64,000 nucleotides of DNA from positions 1,479 through 65,478 of the forward strand of contig NZ_DASZAT010000017.1 in NCBI RefSeq assembly GCF_035944895.1. Reading direction: 5' to 3'. Below are positions 1 to 10,498 of the stretch, in pieces. A model generated the notes under the pieces. It had not been told where the DNA came from, did no database searches, and saw nothing but the letters and a program-made list of their open reading frames with translations. The position numbers and the translations under genes were made by a program. Within the stretch, counting starts at the first letter, position 1. Each line of letters begins with the position of its first letter. The stretch is from Bosea sp. (in: a-proteobacteria). GTDB lineage: Bacteria > Pseudomonadota > Alphaproteobacteria > Rhizobiales > Beijerinckiaceae.

Positions 1-764
1 ATGTCGTCGCCGCGAGCTGGGCCTTCGCCTCGGTCTTTTCCGGGCGCGGTGCGCTGATCCATACCGGCGCGCTGATGGCGACGATCATGTCGGCCAACGT
101 CTTCTTCGTGATCATGCCGGGCCAGCGCAAGACCATCGCCGCGATGGTCGCCGGCGAGGTGCCCGATCCCAAATACGGCAAGCAGGCCAAGCAGCGCTCG
201 CTGCACAACAACTACATCACCTTGCCGGTGCTGTTTCTGATGCTGGCGAACCATTACCCGGTGACCTACGCCAATTCGGCGGTGATCCCGGTGCTGGTGG
301 CGCTGATCATCGTTGCCGGCGCGCTGATCCGGCACTTCTACAATGTCCGCCATGCCGACCATGCCAAGTCGCCCTGGTGGACCTGGGCGGTGGCGGCGCT
401 CGCGCTCTGGCTCGCCTTCTGGGTGGCGATGGCGTCCTCGCCCGGCGGGCGCGAGCGGCTCGGCCTGAAGCCGCTCGATCCGGTGAAGCCGGTGATGCTC
501 GCCGGCCTCGTGCCGCCGTCACCGGAGGTCGCCAACATCGTCACCGGGCGCTGCGCCATGTGCCATGCGCCCGAGCCGTCCTGGCCGGGCATCGGCATCG
601 CGCCCAAGGGCGTCTTCCTGCACGAGCCAGAATTGATCGCCCGCCAGCGCCGCGCCATCGGCGTGCAGGCGGTGCTGACCCATGCCATGCCGCCGAACAA
701 CCTCTCGGGCATGACCACGGATGAGCGGCGCGTGCTCGCCGCCTGGGTGACGCAGAAGCGCTGA
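1..764 (+). CDS. puuD: urate hydroxylase PuuD-like membrane cytochrome c (5' end outside window)
   Basis: The reading frame is open from the window edge (frame of ORF 75..764). It has a polytopic region with the NNYITLPVLFLMLANHYP motif typical of the DUF989/PuuD family. A C-terminal CAMCH heme-c motif sits at 552-566. Confidence 0.7.
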   Translation, partial: VVAASWAFASVFSGRGALIHTGALMATIMSANVFFVIMPGQRKTIAAMVAGEVPDPKYGKQAKQRSLHNNYITLPVLFLMLANHYPVTYANSAVIPVLVALIIVAGALIRHFYNVRHADHAKSPWWTWAVAALALWLAFWVAMASSPGGRERLGLKPLDPVKPVMLAGLVPPSPEVANIVTGRCAMCHAPEPSWPGIGIAPKGVFLHEPELIARQRRAIGVQAVLTHAMPPNNLSGMTTDERRVLAAWVTQKR

Positions 765-932
765 TCCCGCTGCACCGGCGCGGCATGGTGACGCTGCCGC
801 GCCACAGCCGGGCGCCTGATCCACAGCGTTCAGTTTCATTCAGTTTCGGTTCATCGCGGAACCTTCATCGTCGAACGTGATCACATCGGCGTGATCGGCG
901 CGTGATCATGCGCGCCGGGTGCGCCAGGGGCC

Positions 933-3419
933 TTGGGGGTCCAGTTGAAAGCGGTTTGGAGATCGGGCTCCAGCTACTGGCTGGCGGCCGCGCTGTTCTG
1001 TTGCGCCTGGGTGGCGCTGTGCTGGCCCTGGCTGTCGGGGGCGGTGACGATTCCGTTCGACGCCAAGGCGCATTTCCAGGCGCAGATCCAGTTCCTGGCG
1101 CAGGCGCTGCATTCGGGGCAGTCGCCGTTCTGGACGCATAACGTCTTCGCCGGCTCGCCGCAGGTCGCCGATCCGCAATCGCTGATCTTCTCGCCGGCGA
1201 TCCTGCTGGCGCTGTTCAATCCCTCGCCGAGCTTCCGTGCGGTAGACGCCTATGTGCTGGCGCATCTGCTGGTCGGCGGGCTCGCCATGCTGATGTTCTT
1301 CCGCGACCGCAACTGGCATCCGGCCGGGGCGCTGCTGGCGGCGCTGGTCTTCGCCTTCGGCGCCTCGGCGGCGTGGCGGGTCCAGCATGTCGGGCAGATC
1401 GCCAGCTTCGCCTTCTTCGGCCTCGCCTTCTGGCTGACGGCGCGGATGCTGCAGCGCGCCTCGTTGCGCTATGGGCTGCTCGCGGGTTTCGCCGCCGGCA
1501 TGATGGTGCTCGAGCCCGATCAGGTCGCACTGCTCGGCGCCTACATCCTGATCGGCATGGTGGTGGCCTACTGGCTCTCCGAAGGCTGGGCGGGCTTGCG
1601 CGAGAGTCTCGCGCCGATCGCGGCCGCGTGCTTTGCGGGCATCGTCACCATCGCCGTGCCGCTGCTCTGGACCTGGCTCTTCGCCGAGGCGACGACGCGT
1701 CCCGCCATCGATCTCGTCGAGGCGGGCAGGGGCTCGCTCCATCCAGCCTCGCTGCTGACTGCCTTCGTCGGCGACCTGTTCGGCGTGCGTGACCCGTCCG
1801 TCGAATTCTGGGGACCCTATGCCCCGGACTGGAACGCCAAGGAACTCTTCCTCTCCAAGAACATGGGGCAGGTTTATCTGGGAGCGCTGCCCTTCCTGCT
1901 GCTGATCGTCCCGGGTCTGACGCGCGGCTGGCTTTGGGACAGGGCGATCCGGCCCTTCACCATCCTGTTCGTGCTGATGGTGCTGTTCGCGCTCGGCCGC
2001 TACACGCCGTTCTTCCACCTGGCCTATGACTATCTGCCGGGCGTCAAGGTGTTCCGCCGGCCGGCAGACGCGACCTTCCTGATCGGCGGGCTCGGGGCCG
2101 TGCTCTCGGGCTATCTGCTGCATCGCATCCTCAGCGAGGAGAAGCAGGGCACGATCTGGCGCGATCTTGGCATCGGCGCCGGCGCGATCGCCCTGCTGAT
2201 CGGGCTTGCCCTGCTCGTCGCGCGTCAGGCCGGCCATCTCGGCCAGGCCTGGTTGCCGAGCGTCACTGCCGCCGCCTGGTTTGCGACGGCGCTTGCGCTC
2301 CTCGTCGTGCTGACGCGCTGGCGCGGCGCCGCGGCCCCGCTTGCCGCAAGCCTGATCGTGACCGGTGTCGTTGCGGCCGACCTTGCCGCCAATAACGGCC
2401 CGAACGAAGCCACGGCGCTGGCGCCCGAGATCTACGACGTGCTGCGGCCGGAGACCAAGAACGAGACCGTCGCCGTACTGAAGAAGCTCACGGCGCAGCC
2501 TGTGGATTCGCCGCGGCGCGACCGGGTCGAGCTGCTCGGCATGGGCTTCGAATGGCCCAATGCCGGCATGATCCACGGCTTCGACCATACGCTGGGCTAT
2601 AATCCGCTGCGTCTTGCCGATTTCTCGGAGGCGGTCGGCACGCGCGATTCGATCGCGGCGCCGGGCGAGCGCGTGTTCACGCCGTTGTTCCCGTCCTATC
2701 GCTGCCGCCTCGCCGACTTCCTCGGCCTGCGCTACATCGCGACCCGGGTGCCGATCGGTGAGGTCGATCATTCGCTGCGCGCCGGTGACCTCAAGCTCGT
2801 CGCCTATACCAAGGACGGCTACATCTACGAGAACCCGCGGGCGCTGCCGCGCGTGATGTTCGTCGGTGGCTGGGAGCTCGCCGATTTCGAGGGGATGAAG
2901 TCGGCCGGCAAGTGGCCGGATGCGGACCCTCAGCGCGTCGTCCTGCTCGACCAGGAGCCGGAGCCCGGCGTGCCGGAGGGGCCGGTCGCGAGCAATGCCG
3001 AGGTCAAGCTCAAGCGTTACCGCAACACGGTGGTCGAGATCGAGGTGACGAGCGCGCAAGCGGGCTTCGTCGTGCTGAACGATATCTGGCATCCCTGGTG
3101 GAAGGCAGAGCTCGACGGCCAGGAGGTCGAGATCCTCAAGGCCAATGTCCTGTTCCGGGCGGTGCAGGTCCCGGCGGGCACGCACAAGATCCGCTTCAGC
3201 TTCCACCCGCTCGAGGGCGCGATCGCCGAACTGCGCGACCGCGTGACGCCGCCGGAGGAGGAGGGCGTGGTCGCGGAGGCGCCGACGCATAGCGGTCCCT
3301 CGGGCTCGCCGGCGACGCGCATCCAGCCGGTGCCGGCCGAGCCGGCCGCGCGCCCGGCGCACGACATGGCTGCGCACGACATGCTGCCGCCTGCGTCGGC
3401 GATGTCGGTGCTGCGGTAG
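933..3419 (+). CDS. large polytopic membrane protein, YfhO-like or glycosyltransferase-C-like (function uncertain)
   Basis: 828-aa ORF with many hydrophobic helices in the N-terminal two-thirds, a soluble C-terminal domain and a Pro/Ala-rich tail. Codon bias supports the + frame over the 860-aa antisense ORF. The start is uncertain (TTG at 933 or TTG at 945). Confidence 0.6.
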   Translation: MGVQLKAVWRSGSSYWLAAALFCCAWVALCWPWLSGAVTIPFDAKAHFQAQIQFLAQALHSGQSPFWTHNVFAGSPQVADPQSLIFSPAILLALFNPSPSFRAVDAYVLAHLLVGGLAMLMFFRDRNWHPAGALLAALVFAFGASAAWRVQHVGQIASFAFFGLAFWLTARMLQRASLRYGLLAGFAAGMMVLEPDQVALLGAYILIGMVVAYWLSEGWAGLRESLAPIAAACFAGIVTIAVPLLWTWLFAEATTRPAIDLVEAGRGSLHPASLLTAFVGDLFGVRDPSVEFWGPYAPDWNAKELFLSKNMGQVYLGALPFLLLIVPGLTRGWLWDRAIRPFTILFVLMVLFALGRYTPFFHLAYDYLPGVKVFRRPADATFLIGGLGAVLSGYLLHRILSEEKQGTIWRDLGIGAGAIALLIGLALLVARQAGHLGQAWLPSVTAAAWFATALALLVVLTRWRGAAAPLAASLIVTGVVAADLAANNGPNEATALAPEIYDVLRPETKNETVAVLKKLTAQPVDSPRRDRVELLGMGFEWPNAGMIHGFDHTLGYNPLRLADFSEAVGTRDSIAAPGERVFTPLFPSYRCRLADFLGLRYIATRVPIGEVDHSLRAGDLKLVAYTKDGYIYENPRALPRVMFVGGWELADFEGMKSAGKWPDADPQRVVLLDQEPEPGVPEGPVASNAEVKLKRYRNTVVEIEVTSAQAGFVVLNDIWHPWWKAELDGQEVEILKANVLFRAVQVPAGTHKIRFSFHPLEGAIAELRDRVTPPEEEGVVAEAPTHSGPSGSPATRIQPVPAEPAARPAHDMAAHDMLPPASAMSVLR

Positions 3420-3431
3420 GAAGAGCAAGTC

Positions 3432-3526
3432 ATGCTCGGGCTTGCCCCGAGCATCTCTGGCCGGAGCCGGCCAGCACCTTCTCATCACGAGATTCTCGGG
3501 GTCCGCGCTTCGCTTCGCTCGAGAAT
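3432..3526. terminator. cluster of three GC-rich hairpins between convergent genes (REP-like or terminator)
   Basis: ATGCTCGGG-cttgc-CCCGAGCAT lies at 3432-3454. CTGGCCG-gagc-CGGCCAG lies at 3457-3474. ATTCTCG...CGAGAAT lies at 3492-3526. None has a clear U-tract. Confidence 0.4.
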
Positions 3527-3538
3527 GACGCCTTAGCC

Positions 3539-4633
<1,095 letters not shown>

Positions 4634-4734
4634 TCAAGGGCCGCCGGTCGCCCCCCGTAGCCGGAAATCCGCCGGCCTTGCAATGCGACATGGCGCAAGG
4701 CCGAGCGGGCCGAACTGCATGCGGGCGGAGGAGC

Positions 4735-5169
4735 TCAGCCGCCGGTTTCGGCGGTGAGTCCGGCCGCGGCGATGCCGGCGAGGGCGGCCGCCTCGTCATT
4801 GTCCGACGTGTCGCCGGAGATGCCGACGACGCCGATGAGGTTGCCGCCGGCATCGCGGATCAGCGCGCCGCCGGGCACCGGCACGACCGGGCCGCCGACC
4901 GAGAGAGCGACGCCGTTGATGAAGTGCGGGCGCTCCAGCGCCATCTTGTTGAGCGTGCGCGGGCCGACGCCCAGCGCGATCGCGCCATTGGCCTTGCCGA
5001 GCGCGATCTCGCCGCGCTTCAGGCTGGTGCCGTCCTGGGCGAGGAAGAATTTCTGCGCGCCGCGCGCGTCGAGCACCGCAATGGCGAGCGGCTTCAGCCC
5101 GTTCTCGCGGGCATATTTCAGGGCGCCGTCAACGATCACGCTGGCCTGTTCGAGGGAGAGGGCGGTCAT
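4735..5169 (-). CDS. GlcG/HbpS-family heme-binding protein (DUF336)
   Basis: Start trimmed to the internal ATG (MTALSLEQAS...), which has an AGGAAAGG RBS 8 nt upstream. The ~144-aa length and the GGxxI...G..IGVVGISG..S.NDE pattern are typical of the family. Confidence 0.75.
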   Translation of the reverse strand: MTALSLEQASVIVDGALKYARENGLKPLAIAVLDARGAQKFFLAQDGTSLKRGEIALGKANGAIALGVGPRTLNKMALERPHFINGVALSVGGPVVPVPGGALIRDAGGNLIGVVGISGDTSDNDEAAALAGIAAAGLTAETGG

Positions 5170-5366
5170 GGCTGGCCTTTCCTGGATATCGACGACAAAG
5201 CCTGTCGGCTCGGTACCGTTCTGCCAGCGCGGGCGACGCGAGGGAAGGGCAGAGCCTCGCCTTTCACCCCCGGCGAAGGTTTCGTCTTGCAGTTGTTGCC
5301 CCGAGCAGGCTTCATGGGGTGCGCGCTGAAGGCACGTTCCGCAAGGTGACCGCCACTTTTGCGACC

Positions 5367-5392
5367 AGAACATGCTCCAAGGCTGTCGCGTT
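5367..5392 (+). promoter_or_regulatory. candidate EcfG-type (general stress sigma) promoter upstream of kbp
   Basis: AGAAC-N17-CGTT, compared with the alphaproteobacterial EcfG consensus GGAAC-N16/17-CGTT. It lies ~60 nt upstream of the kbp ATG. The match is imperfect. Confidence 0.3.
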
Positions 5393-5453
5393 GCGCGAAG
5401 CCCGATCGTTCGGCCAATCCTGGCGGGCGGCCAGCGCATGAGGAGAACACGCT

Positions 5454-5897
5454 ATGGGTCTGTTCAGTTTCATCAAGGATGCCGGCGCCAAGATCTTCGG
5501 GTCGAGCCCGGCCAATGCGGCGACGGCCGATCAGTTGCAGAAGGAACTGGCGGGCCACGGCCTGCCCTCCGACGTCAAGATCGACGTATCCGGCGACAAG
5601 GTGAAGGTCTCAGGCAAGGCGCTGAGCACCGAAGAGGCCGAGAAGATCATCCTGGCGATCGGCAACACCGCCGGCGTCGGCTCGGTCGAATCGGAGCTGA
5701 TCGTCAACAAGGAAGCGGCCGCTGCCGTATTCTACACGGTGAAGAAGGGCGACACGCTCTGGAAGATCGCCGAGGAGAACTACGGCAAGGGCAAGGGCGC
5801 CAAGTATACCGAGATCGTCAAGGCCAACACCCCGCCGGTGAAGGATCCCGACCTGATCCAGCCGGGCTGGGTGCTGCGCATCCCGCCGCTGGCCTAA
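5454..5897 (+). CDS. kbp: BON + LysM potassium-binding protein Kbp (YgaU)
   Basis: 147 aa. N-terminal MGLFSFIKDAGAKIF, a central BON domain and C-terminal LysM (YTVKKGDTLWKIAEE...GWVLRIP). Collinear with E. coli Kbp as I recall it. Confidence 0.85.
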   Translation: MGLFSFIKDAGAKIFGSSPANAATADQLQKELAGHGLPSDVKIDVSGDKVKVSGKALSTEEAEKIILAIGNTAGVGSVESELIVNKEAAAAVFYTVKKGDTLWKIAEENYGKGKGAKYTEIVKANTPPVKDPDLIQPGWVLRIPPLA

Positions 5898-6118
5898 CAG
5901 GGCCCACAAAAGCAGCTCGCCGGGCACGTTCCGGCGGGCTTGCGAATTAGTTGCGAATGAAACTATAAGGCTGGAAGGCGTGAGACTTCCGGCCAGTTTG
6001 CATCGGGGCCGGTTTGATCCATCTTGCGTCTTTGCGAGATGGGTCAGCCGGCCTTTTTGTCGGCAAGGCCCGCGGCAGGGTGAACGAGACAACGCAGAAC
6101 TCCCGGGGAGGGGACCTC

Positions 6119-7171
6119 ATGACTTTTGATCGCCGCAAATTCCTGACGCTCGCCGGTTCGGCCGTGGCCGCGCCGGCCGTGCTGCGCGCCACCCGCGCCA
6201 ACGCCCAGGAAGTGACGCTGCGTATGCACCACTTCCTGCCGCCGGTGGCGAACGGGCATTCCAAGTTCCTGAAGCCTTGGGCCGACAAGGTCGGGGCCGA
6301 ATCGAATGGCCGGATCAAGATCGACATCTTCCCGTCGATGCAGCTCGGCGGCACCCCGCCGCAGCTCTATGACCAGGCCCGCGACGGCGTCGTCGACATC
6401 GTCTGGACCTTGCCCGGCAATACGCCCGGCCGCTTCACCGGAATCGAGGCGTTCGAACTGCCGTTCGTGCCGAACAAGCGCGCGCTGGTGAACTCGCTGG
6501 CGCTGACCGACTATGCCGCCGAGCACCTCAAGGACGAGTTCAAGGACATCCATCCGATCTGCTTCTGGGCGCATGATCACGGGCTGATCCACGCCAACAA
6601 GCCGGTGAAGACGATGGAGGACCTGAAGGGCCTCAAGCTGCGCTTCCCGACCCGCCTCGCCGGCGAGGCGCTGCGCGCGCTCGGCGCCAATGCCATCGGC
6701 ATGCCGATCCCGCAGGTGCCGGAATCGCTGGCGCAGCGCGTCATCGATGGTTGCGTCGTGCCCTGGGAGGTCGTGCCTTCGATCAAGGTGCAAGAGCTGG
6801 TCAAGAACCACACCGAGATCCCGGGCTCGCCGACCTTCTATGTCGCGACCTTCGTGCTCGCCATGAACAAGGCGAAATACGAGGGCCTGGCGCCCGACCT
6901 CAAGGCGATCCTCGACAAGAACTCTGGCGCTGCCGCCTCCGCCATGGCCGGCAAGGTCTGGGACGAGCAGGCCGTCGTCGTCTCCGAGATGGTCAAGAAG
7001 CGCGGCAACAACATCGTCACGCTGGAGCAGGCCGAGGCCGAGCGCTGGCACAAGGCGACCGCACCAGTGGTCGAGGGCTGGCTCAAGACGGCCAAGGACA
7101 AGGGCCTCGACGGCGAGAAGCTGCTCGCCGCCGCCCGCGCCGCCCTCACCAAGCACCAGAACGCCGCCTGA
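6119..7171 (+). CDS. dctP: TRAP transporter substrate-binding protein, DctP family
   Basis: Start trimmed to MTFDRRKFLTLAG (twin-arginine-like signal), with a GGGGAGGGG RBS. DctP-type periplasmic binding protein sequence. Followed by dctQ and dctM. Confidence 0.85.
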   Translation: MTFDRRKFLTLAGSAVAAPAVLRATRANAQEVTLRMHHFLPPVANGHSKFLKPWADKVGAESNGRIKIDIFPSMQLGGTPPQLYDQARDGVVDIVWTLPGNTPGRFTGIEAFELPFVPNKRALVNSLALTDYAAEHLKDEFKDIHPICFWAHDHGLIHANKPVKTMEDLKGLKLRFPTRLAGEALRALGANAIGMPIPQVPESLAQRVIDGCVVPWEVVPSIKVQELVKNHTEIPGSPTFYVATFVLAMNKAKYEGLAPDLKAILDKNSGAAASAMAGKVWDEQAVVVSEMVKKRGNNIVTLEQAEAERWHKATAPVVEGWLKTAKDKGLDGEKLLAAARAALTKHQNAA

Positions 7172-7173
7172 GC

Positions 7174-7680
7174 ATGACCGACAGGGTAGGGGAAGAGCGG
7201 CCGCCATCGCGCATCGACGCGGTGGCGGAAGCGGTCGCGCTCATCGGCGGTGCGCTCTTGATCGCGGTCGCGACCATGGTCGTGGTCAGTGTGACCTTGC
7301 GCAGCGACCTCGTCGGCGCTGCCGGCGTGCCCGGCGATTTCGAGCTGGTGCAGATGGCGACGGCGATCGCCGCCTTCTGCTTCCTGCCGCTCTGCCAATT
7401 GAAGCGCGGCAATATCTTCGTCGACACCTTCACCCTGAAGCTGCCGCAGCGCTGGCGCGACGGCATCGATGCGCTCTGGGATGTGGTCTACGGCCTCGCC
7501 ATGGCGCTGATCGCCTGGCGGCTCGGCGTCGGGGCGCGCTCGGCGTTCGCCAGCGGCGAGAACACCATGGTTCTGCAGTTGCCGAGCTATCTGCCGATCG
7601 CGCTCTGCGCTGTCCTCGCTGGCTTCGTCGCGCTCGCGGCCTTCGTCAGCGCCAGCCGCCTGCTGAGGCAGCACCGATGA
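7174..7680 (+). CDS. dctQ: TRAP transporter small permease, DctQ family
   Basis: The ATG is 2 nt after the dctP stop. ~168 aa with 4 predicted TM helices. The stop overlaps the dctM start (ATGA). Confidence 0.8.
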   Translation: MTDRVGEERPPSRIDAVAEAVALIGGALLIAVATMVVVSVTLRSDLVGAAGVPGDFELVQMATAIAAFCFLPLCQLKRGNIFVDTFTLKLPQRWRDGIDALWDVVYGLAMALIAWRLGVGARSAFASGENTMVLQLPSYLPIALCAVLAGFVALAAFVSASRLLRQHR

Positions 7681-8996
7681 GCGGCTTCTCCCTCGCGATC
7701 ACCGGCTTTGCCGTCATGCTGGCGCTGATGGCGCTGCGCCTGCCGATCGGCCTCGCCATGCTGGTCGTCGGCAGCGCCGGCTATATCCAGCTCAACGGGC
7801 TCGAGCCCTTCCTCAACTATATCCGCACCACGCCCTACCAGATCTTCGCCAATTACACGCTCTCGGTGATCCCGCTCTTCGTATTGATGGGCGCCTTCGC
7901 CGAGCGCTCCGGGTTGGCGGGCGACCTGTTCAAGGCGGCCTCGGCCTTCGTCGGCCATCGCCGCGGCGGCCTCGGCATGGCGATGATCGGCGCCTGCACC
8001 GGCTTCGGCGCGATCTGCGGCTCCTCGGTCGCGACCACCGCGACCTTCGCCCGAGCCGCGCTGCCGCAATTGCGCAGCTATCGCTACGATCCCGGCTTCG
8101 CCTGCGGCGTCACCGCGGTCGGCGGCACGCTCGGTATCCTGATCCCGCCTTCGGTGATCCTCGTCGTCTATGCGATCTCGACCGAGCAGAACATCGCCAA
8201 GCTGTTCCAGGCGGCGCTGATCCCCGGCCTGATGGCGGCGACGTTCTATTGCATCACCATCTGGATCATGTCGCGCCTCGACGGGACGCTCGCCCCCGCC
8301 CATGAGCGCACGCCCTGGCGCGAGCGCTGGCCGCTGCTGCTCGGCGTCATCCCGGCGCTGACGGTGGCGGTGATCGTGGTCGGCGGCATCTATGGCGGCG
8401 TGTTCACGCCGACCGAAGGTGCGTCCGTCGGCGCCTTCATCATGCTGGCGATCGGTCTGTTCCGGCGCACGCTCGGCCTTTCCGAGATCAAGCAGGCGAT
8501 CCTGCAGACGGCCGAGACCTCGGCGATGATCTTCGCCATCCTGCTCGGCGCCGAGGTGTTCAACGCCTTCCTGGCGCTGACGCAGGTGCCGACGGCGGCC
8601 GCCGAGATGATCGCGGCCTCGGGCTGGGCGCCTTACACGGTGCTCGTCGGCCTGCTGCTGTTCTACATCGTGCTCGGCGGCGTCATGGACGAGCTCGCCA
8701 TGATCCTGCTCACCTTGCCGGTGTTTTTCCCGATCGTGACGGCGCTCGATTTCGGCATGCCCACCGACGACATTGCGATCTGGTTCGGCATCCTGGTGCT
8801 GGTCGTGGTTGGCATCGGCATGACCTGCCCGCCGATCGGGCTCAACGTCTTCGTCGTCGCCTCGCTGGCGCGCGACGTGCCGGTGACGCGGATCTATCGC
8901 GGCGTGCTGCCCTTCGTCGTTGCCGACGTGATCAGGCTCGCCATCTGCGTGGCATTTCCGGCGCTCAGCCTCTATCTGGTGAAGCTCCTGAACTGA
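7677..8996 (+). CDS. dctM: TRAP transporter large permease, DctM family
   Basis: 439-aa polytopic protein with typical DctM sequence. Translationally coupled to dctQ. Confidence 0.9.
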   Translation: MSGFSLAITGFAVMLALMALRLPIGLAMLVVGSAGYIQLNGLEPFLNYIRTTPYQIFANYTLSVIPLFVLMGAFAERSGLAGDLFKAASAFVGHRRGGLGMAMIGACTGFGAICGSSVATTATFARAALPQLRSYRYDPGFACGVTAVGGTLGILIPPSVILVVYAISTEQNIAKLFQAALIPGLMAATFYCITIWIMSRLDGTLAPAHERTPWRERWPLLLGVIPALTVAVIVVGGIYGGVFTPTEGASVGAFIMLAIGLFRRTLGLSEIKQAILQTAETSAMIFAILLGAEVFNAFLALTQVPTAAAEMIAASGWAPYTVLVGLLLFYIVLGGVMDELAMILLTLPVFFPIVTALDFGMPTDDIAIWFGILVLVVVGIGMTCPPIGLNVFVVASLARDVPVTRIYRGVLPFVVADVIRLAICVAFPALSLYLVKLLN

Positions 8997-9329
8997 GTGA
9001 CCGCGAGCAGCAGCATGATCGTACACGACCTCGACATCGACGCCGTCAAGGCGGGCTTGGCCGATGGCTCGATCCTCATCGTCGACGTGCGCGAGCCGCA
9101 TGAGTTCGCCGCCGGGCGCATTCCGGGCTCGGTGTCGCGGCCGCTGTCGCAGTTCGACCCCGCCGACCTGCCGAACGAGCCGGGCAGGCGTGTCGTGCTC
9201 TCCTGTGCCGCCGGGGTGCGCTCGCTGCGGGCGCTCGAATTCGCACAGGCCGCCGGGCTTGACGTCGACAGCCATTACATCGGCGGCTTCAAGGACTGGG
9301 CGATGCGCGGCGAGCCGGTCGAAAGGTGA
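8997..9329 (+). CDS. single-domain rhodanese-like sulfurtransferase
   Basis: VDVREPHEFAAGRIPGS plus the active-site loop SCAAGVRS. A GTG start directly abuts the dctM stop. An alternative ATG is at 9015. Confidence 0.8.
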   Translation: MTASSSMIVHDLDIDAVKAGLADGSILIVDVREPHEFAAGRIPGSVSRPLSQFDPADLPNEPGRRVVLSCAAGVRSLRALEFAQAAGLDVDSHYIGGFKDWAMRGEPVER

Positions 9330-9424
9330 AGGAGCGATAGCGCCTTTCGGTTGCAGCTTGCCGCGCCAGCGCCGATAACGGGGCGCGGTCTCAAACCCGG
9401 CCGCGGTCGATCAAAGGTGCCCTG

Positions 9425-10378
9425 ATGAAGGCCTCCCGCCTGCTGAGCTTCACCCTCGCAGCTTTGCTCTGCTCCGTGTCCGCAGCCCCGCTCGCCTTCG
9501 CGCAGGCCGCCCCGCAGACCGCAGCGAAGAAGCCGGCGCAGGACCCGGAACTGCAGGCGGCGATCGCCAAGTCGAATGCCTATACCTCGCTCTCGAACCG
9601 GACGATCCGGGCGATCGAATCCTGGGATCGCTACAAGAGCTGGGTCGACATAAAGAAGGGCCCGACCGGCAAGGAGCGCTATATCTCCTACGGGCTCTAC
9701 AGCCTCTATGACGTCAAGGACGAGATCGCCAAGGCCGAGGCGGCGGCAGGCCAGCCGCCGGCGCAGCCGGAACTCGATGCCGCGGTGAAGCGCTATATCG
9801 CTGCCTATCAGGAGCTGGCGCCGCTGATCACCCGGGCCGAGCGCTATTACGAGCGCAAGGATTATCGCGACGACAACGCCGCCGAGGGTCGCGAGCTGCA
9901 TGCCAAGATGGTGCCGGCGGCGGAGGCCTTCCTGCGCGAGCGGAGCGTCTTCGGCAACCAGCTCAACGGCTTCAAGAAGGGCATCGACGCGCGCGAGCTT
10001 GCGGCGATCGAGGCGAGCGAGGGCCGCCTTGCCCGCTGGCAGCTGCGCAACATCATGATCAATGCCCGCGCCGTGATGGACGTGATGCCGAGCAACGAGA
10101 AGCCGATCGTCGATCTCGCCGCCTTCGATACGGCGCTCGCCGGTTATTCCGGCGCGATCAAGGAGATGGACGCGTTCAAGGACAAGAATGCGTCCGGCGT
10201 GCCGATGATCGATTCCTCGGCCAGCTCCTGGCTCGGCAATCTGCGCGATTTCCGCGAAAAGCTCGGCAAGTCGAAGGGCGATGTCCGCAAGGGAGCGGCC
10301 AATGATGCCAATCGAATCGTCTCCAGCTACAATATGATGGTGTCGATGTCGGATAGTGCCGCGCGCATGATCCGCTGA
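9425..10378 (+). CDS. secreted YiiG/DUF3829-like protein
   Basis: Signal peptide ending AFAQA. A helical ~300-aa protein with the SNAYTSLSNR...W.RY.SWVD pattern that I associate with DUF3829. Confidence 0.55.
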   Translation: MKASRLLSFTLAALLCSVSAAPLAFAQAAPQTAAKKPAQDPELQAAIAKSNAYTSLSNRTIRAIESWDRYKSWVDIKKGPTGKERYISYGLYSLYDVKDEIAKAEAAAGQPPAQPELDAAVKRYIAAYQELAPLITRAERYYERKDYRDDNAAEGRELHAKMVPAAEAFLRERSVFGNQLNGFKKGIDARELAAIEASEGRLARWQLRNIMINARAVMDVMPSNEKPIVDLAAFDTALAGYSGAIKEMDAFKDKNASGVPMIDSSASSWLGNLRDFREKLGKSKGDVRKGAANDANRIVSSYNMMVSMSDSAARMIR

Positions 10379-10412
10379 GTTTTCAAGGCCCGCCTGCTTG
10401 CGCTCGGCGCAT

Positions 10413-10436
10413 CCCGGTCCCTCCAGAGGGACCGGG
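10413..10436 (+). terminator. GC-rich hairpin downstream of the DUF3829 gene
   Basis: CCCGGTCCCTC-ca-GAGGGACCGGG, an 11-bp perfect stem. No following U-tract. Confidence 0.4.
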
Positions 10437-10498
10437 GTGACGGCGCGGCCATCCTGCGCCAGTCTTTCTCATTCGAGTGATCCGAAGGAAGTTTGCCG

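Noticed and set aside
906-3488. Very long antisense ORFs opposite real genes. Examples: 906-3488(-), 6044-7207(-), 7587-9275(-), 10469-12835(-), 18251-19303(-), 19213-20361(-), 33374-34948(-), 54271-56517(+), 56594-57868(+) and 61438-62808(+).
   Set aside because: Their translations are Arg/Ala/Gly/Pro-rich low-complexity strings with no recognisable domains. The opposite strand encodes clear, well-known proteins. These are typical shadow ORFs in GC-rich DNA, where stop codons are rare.
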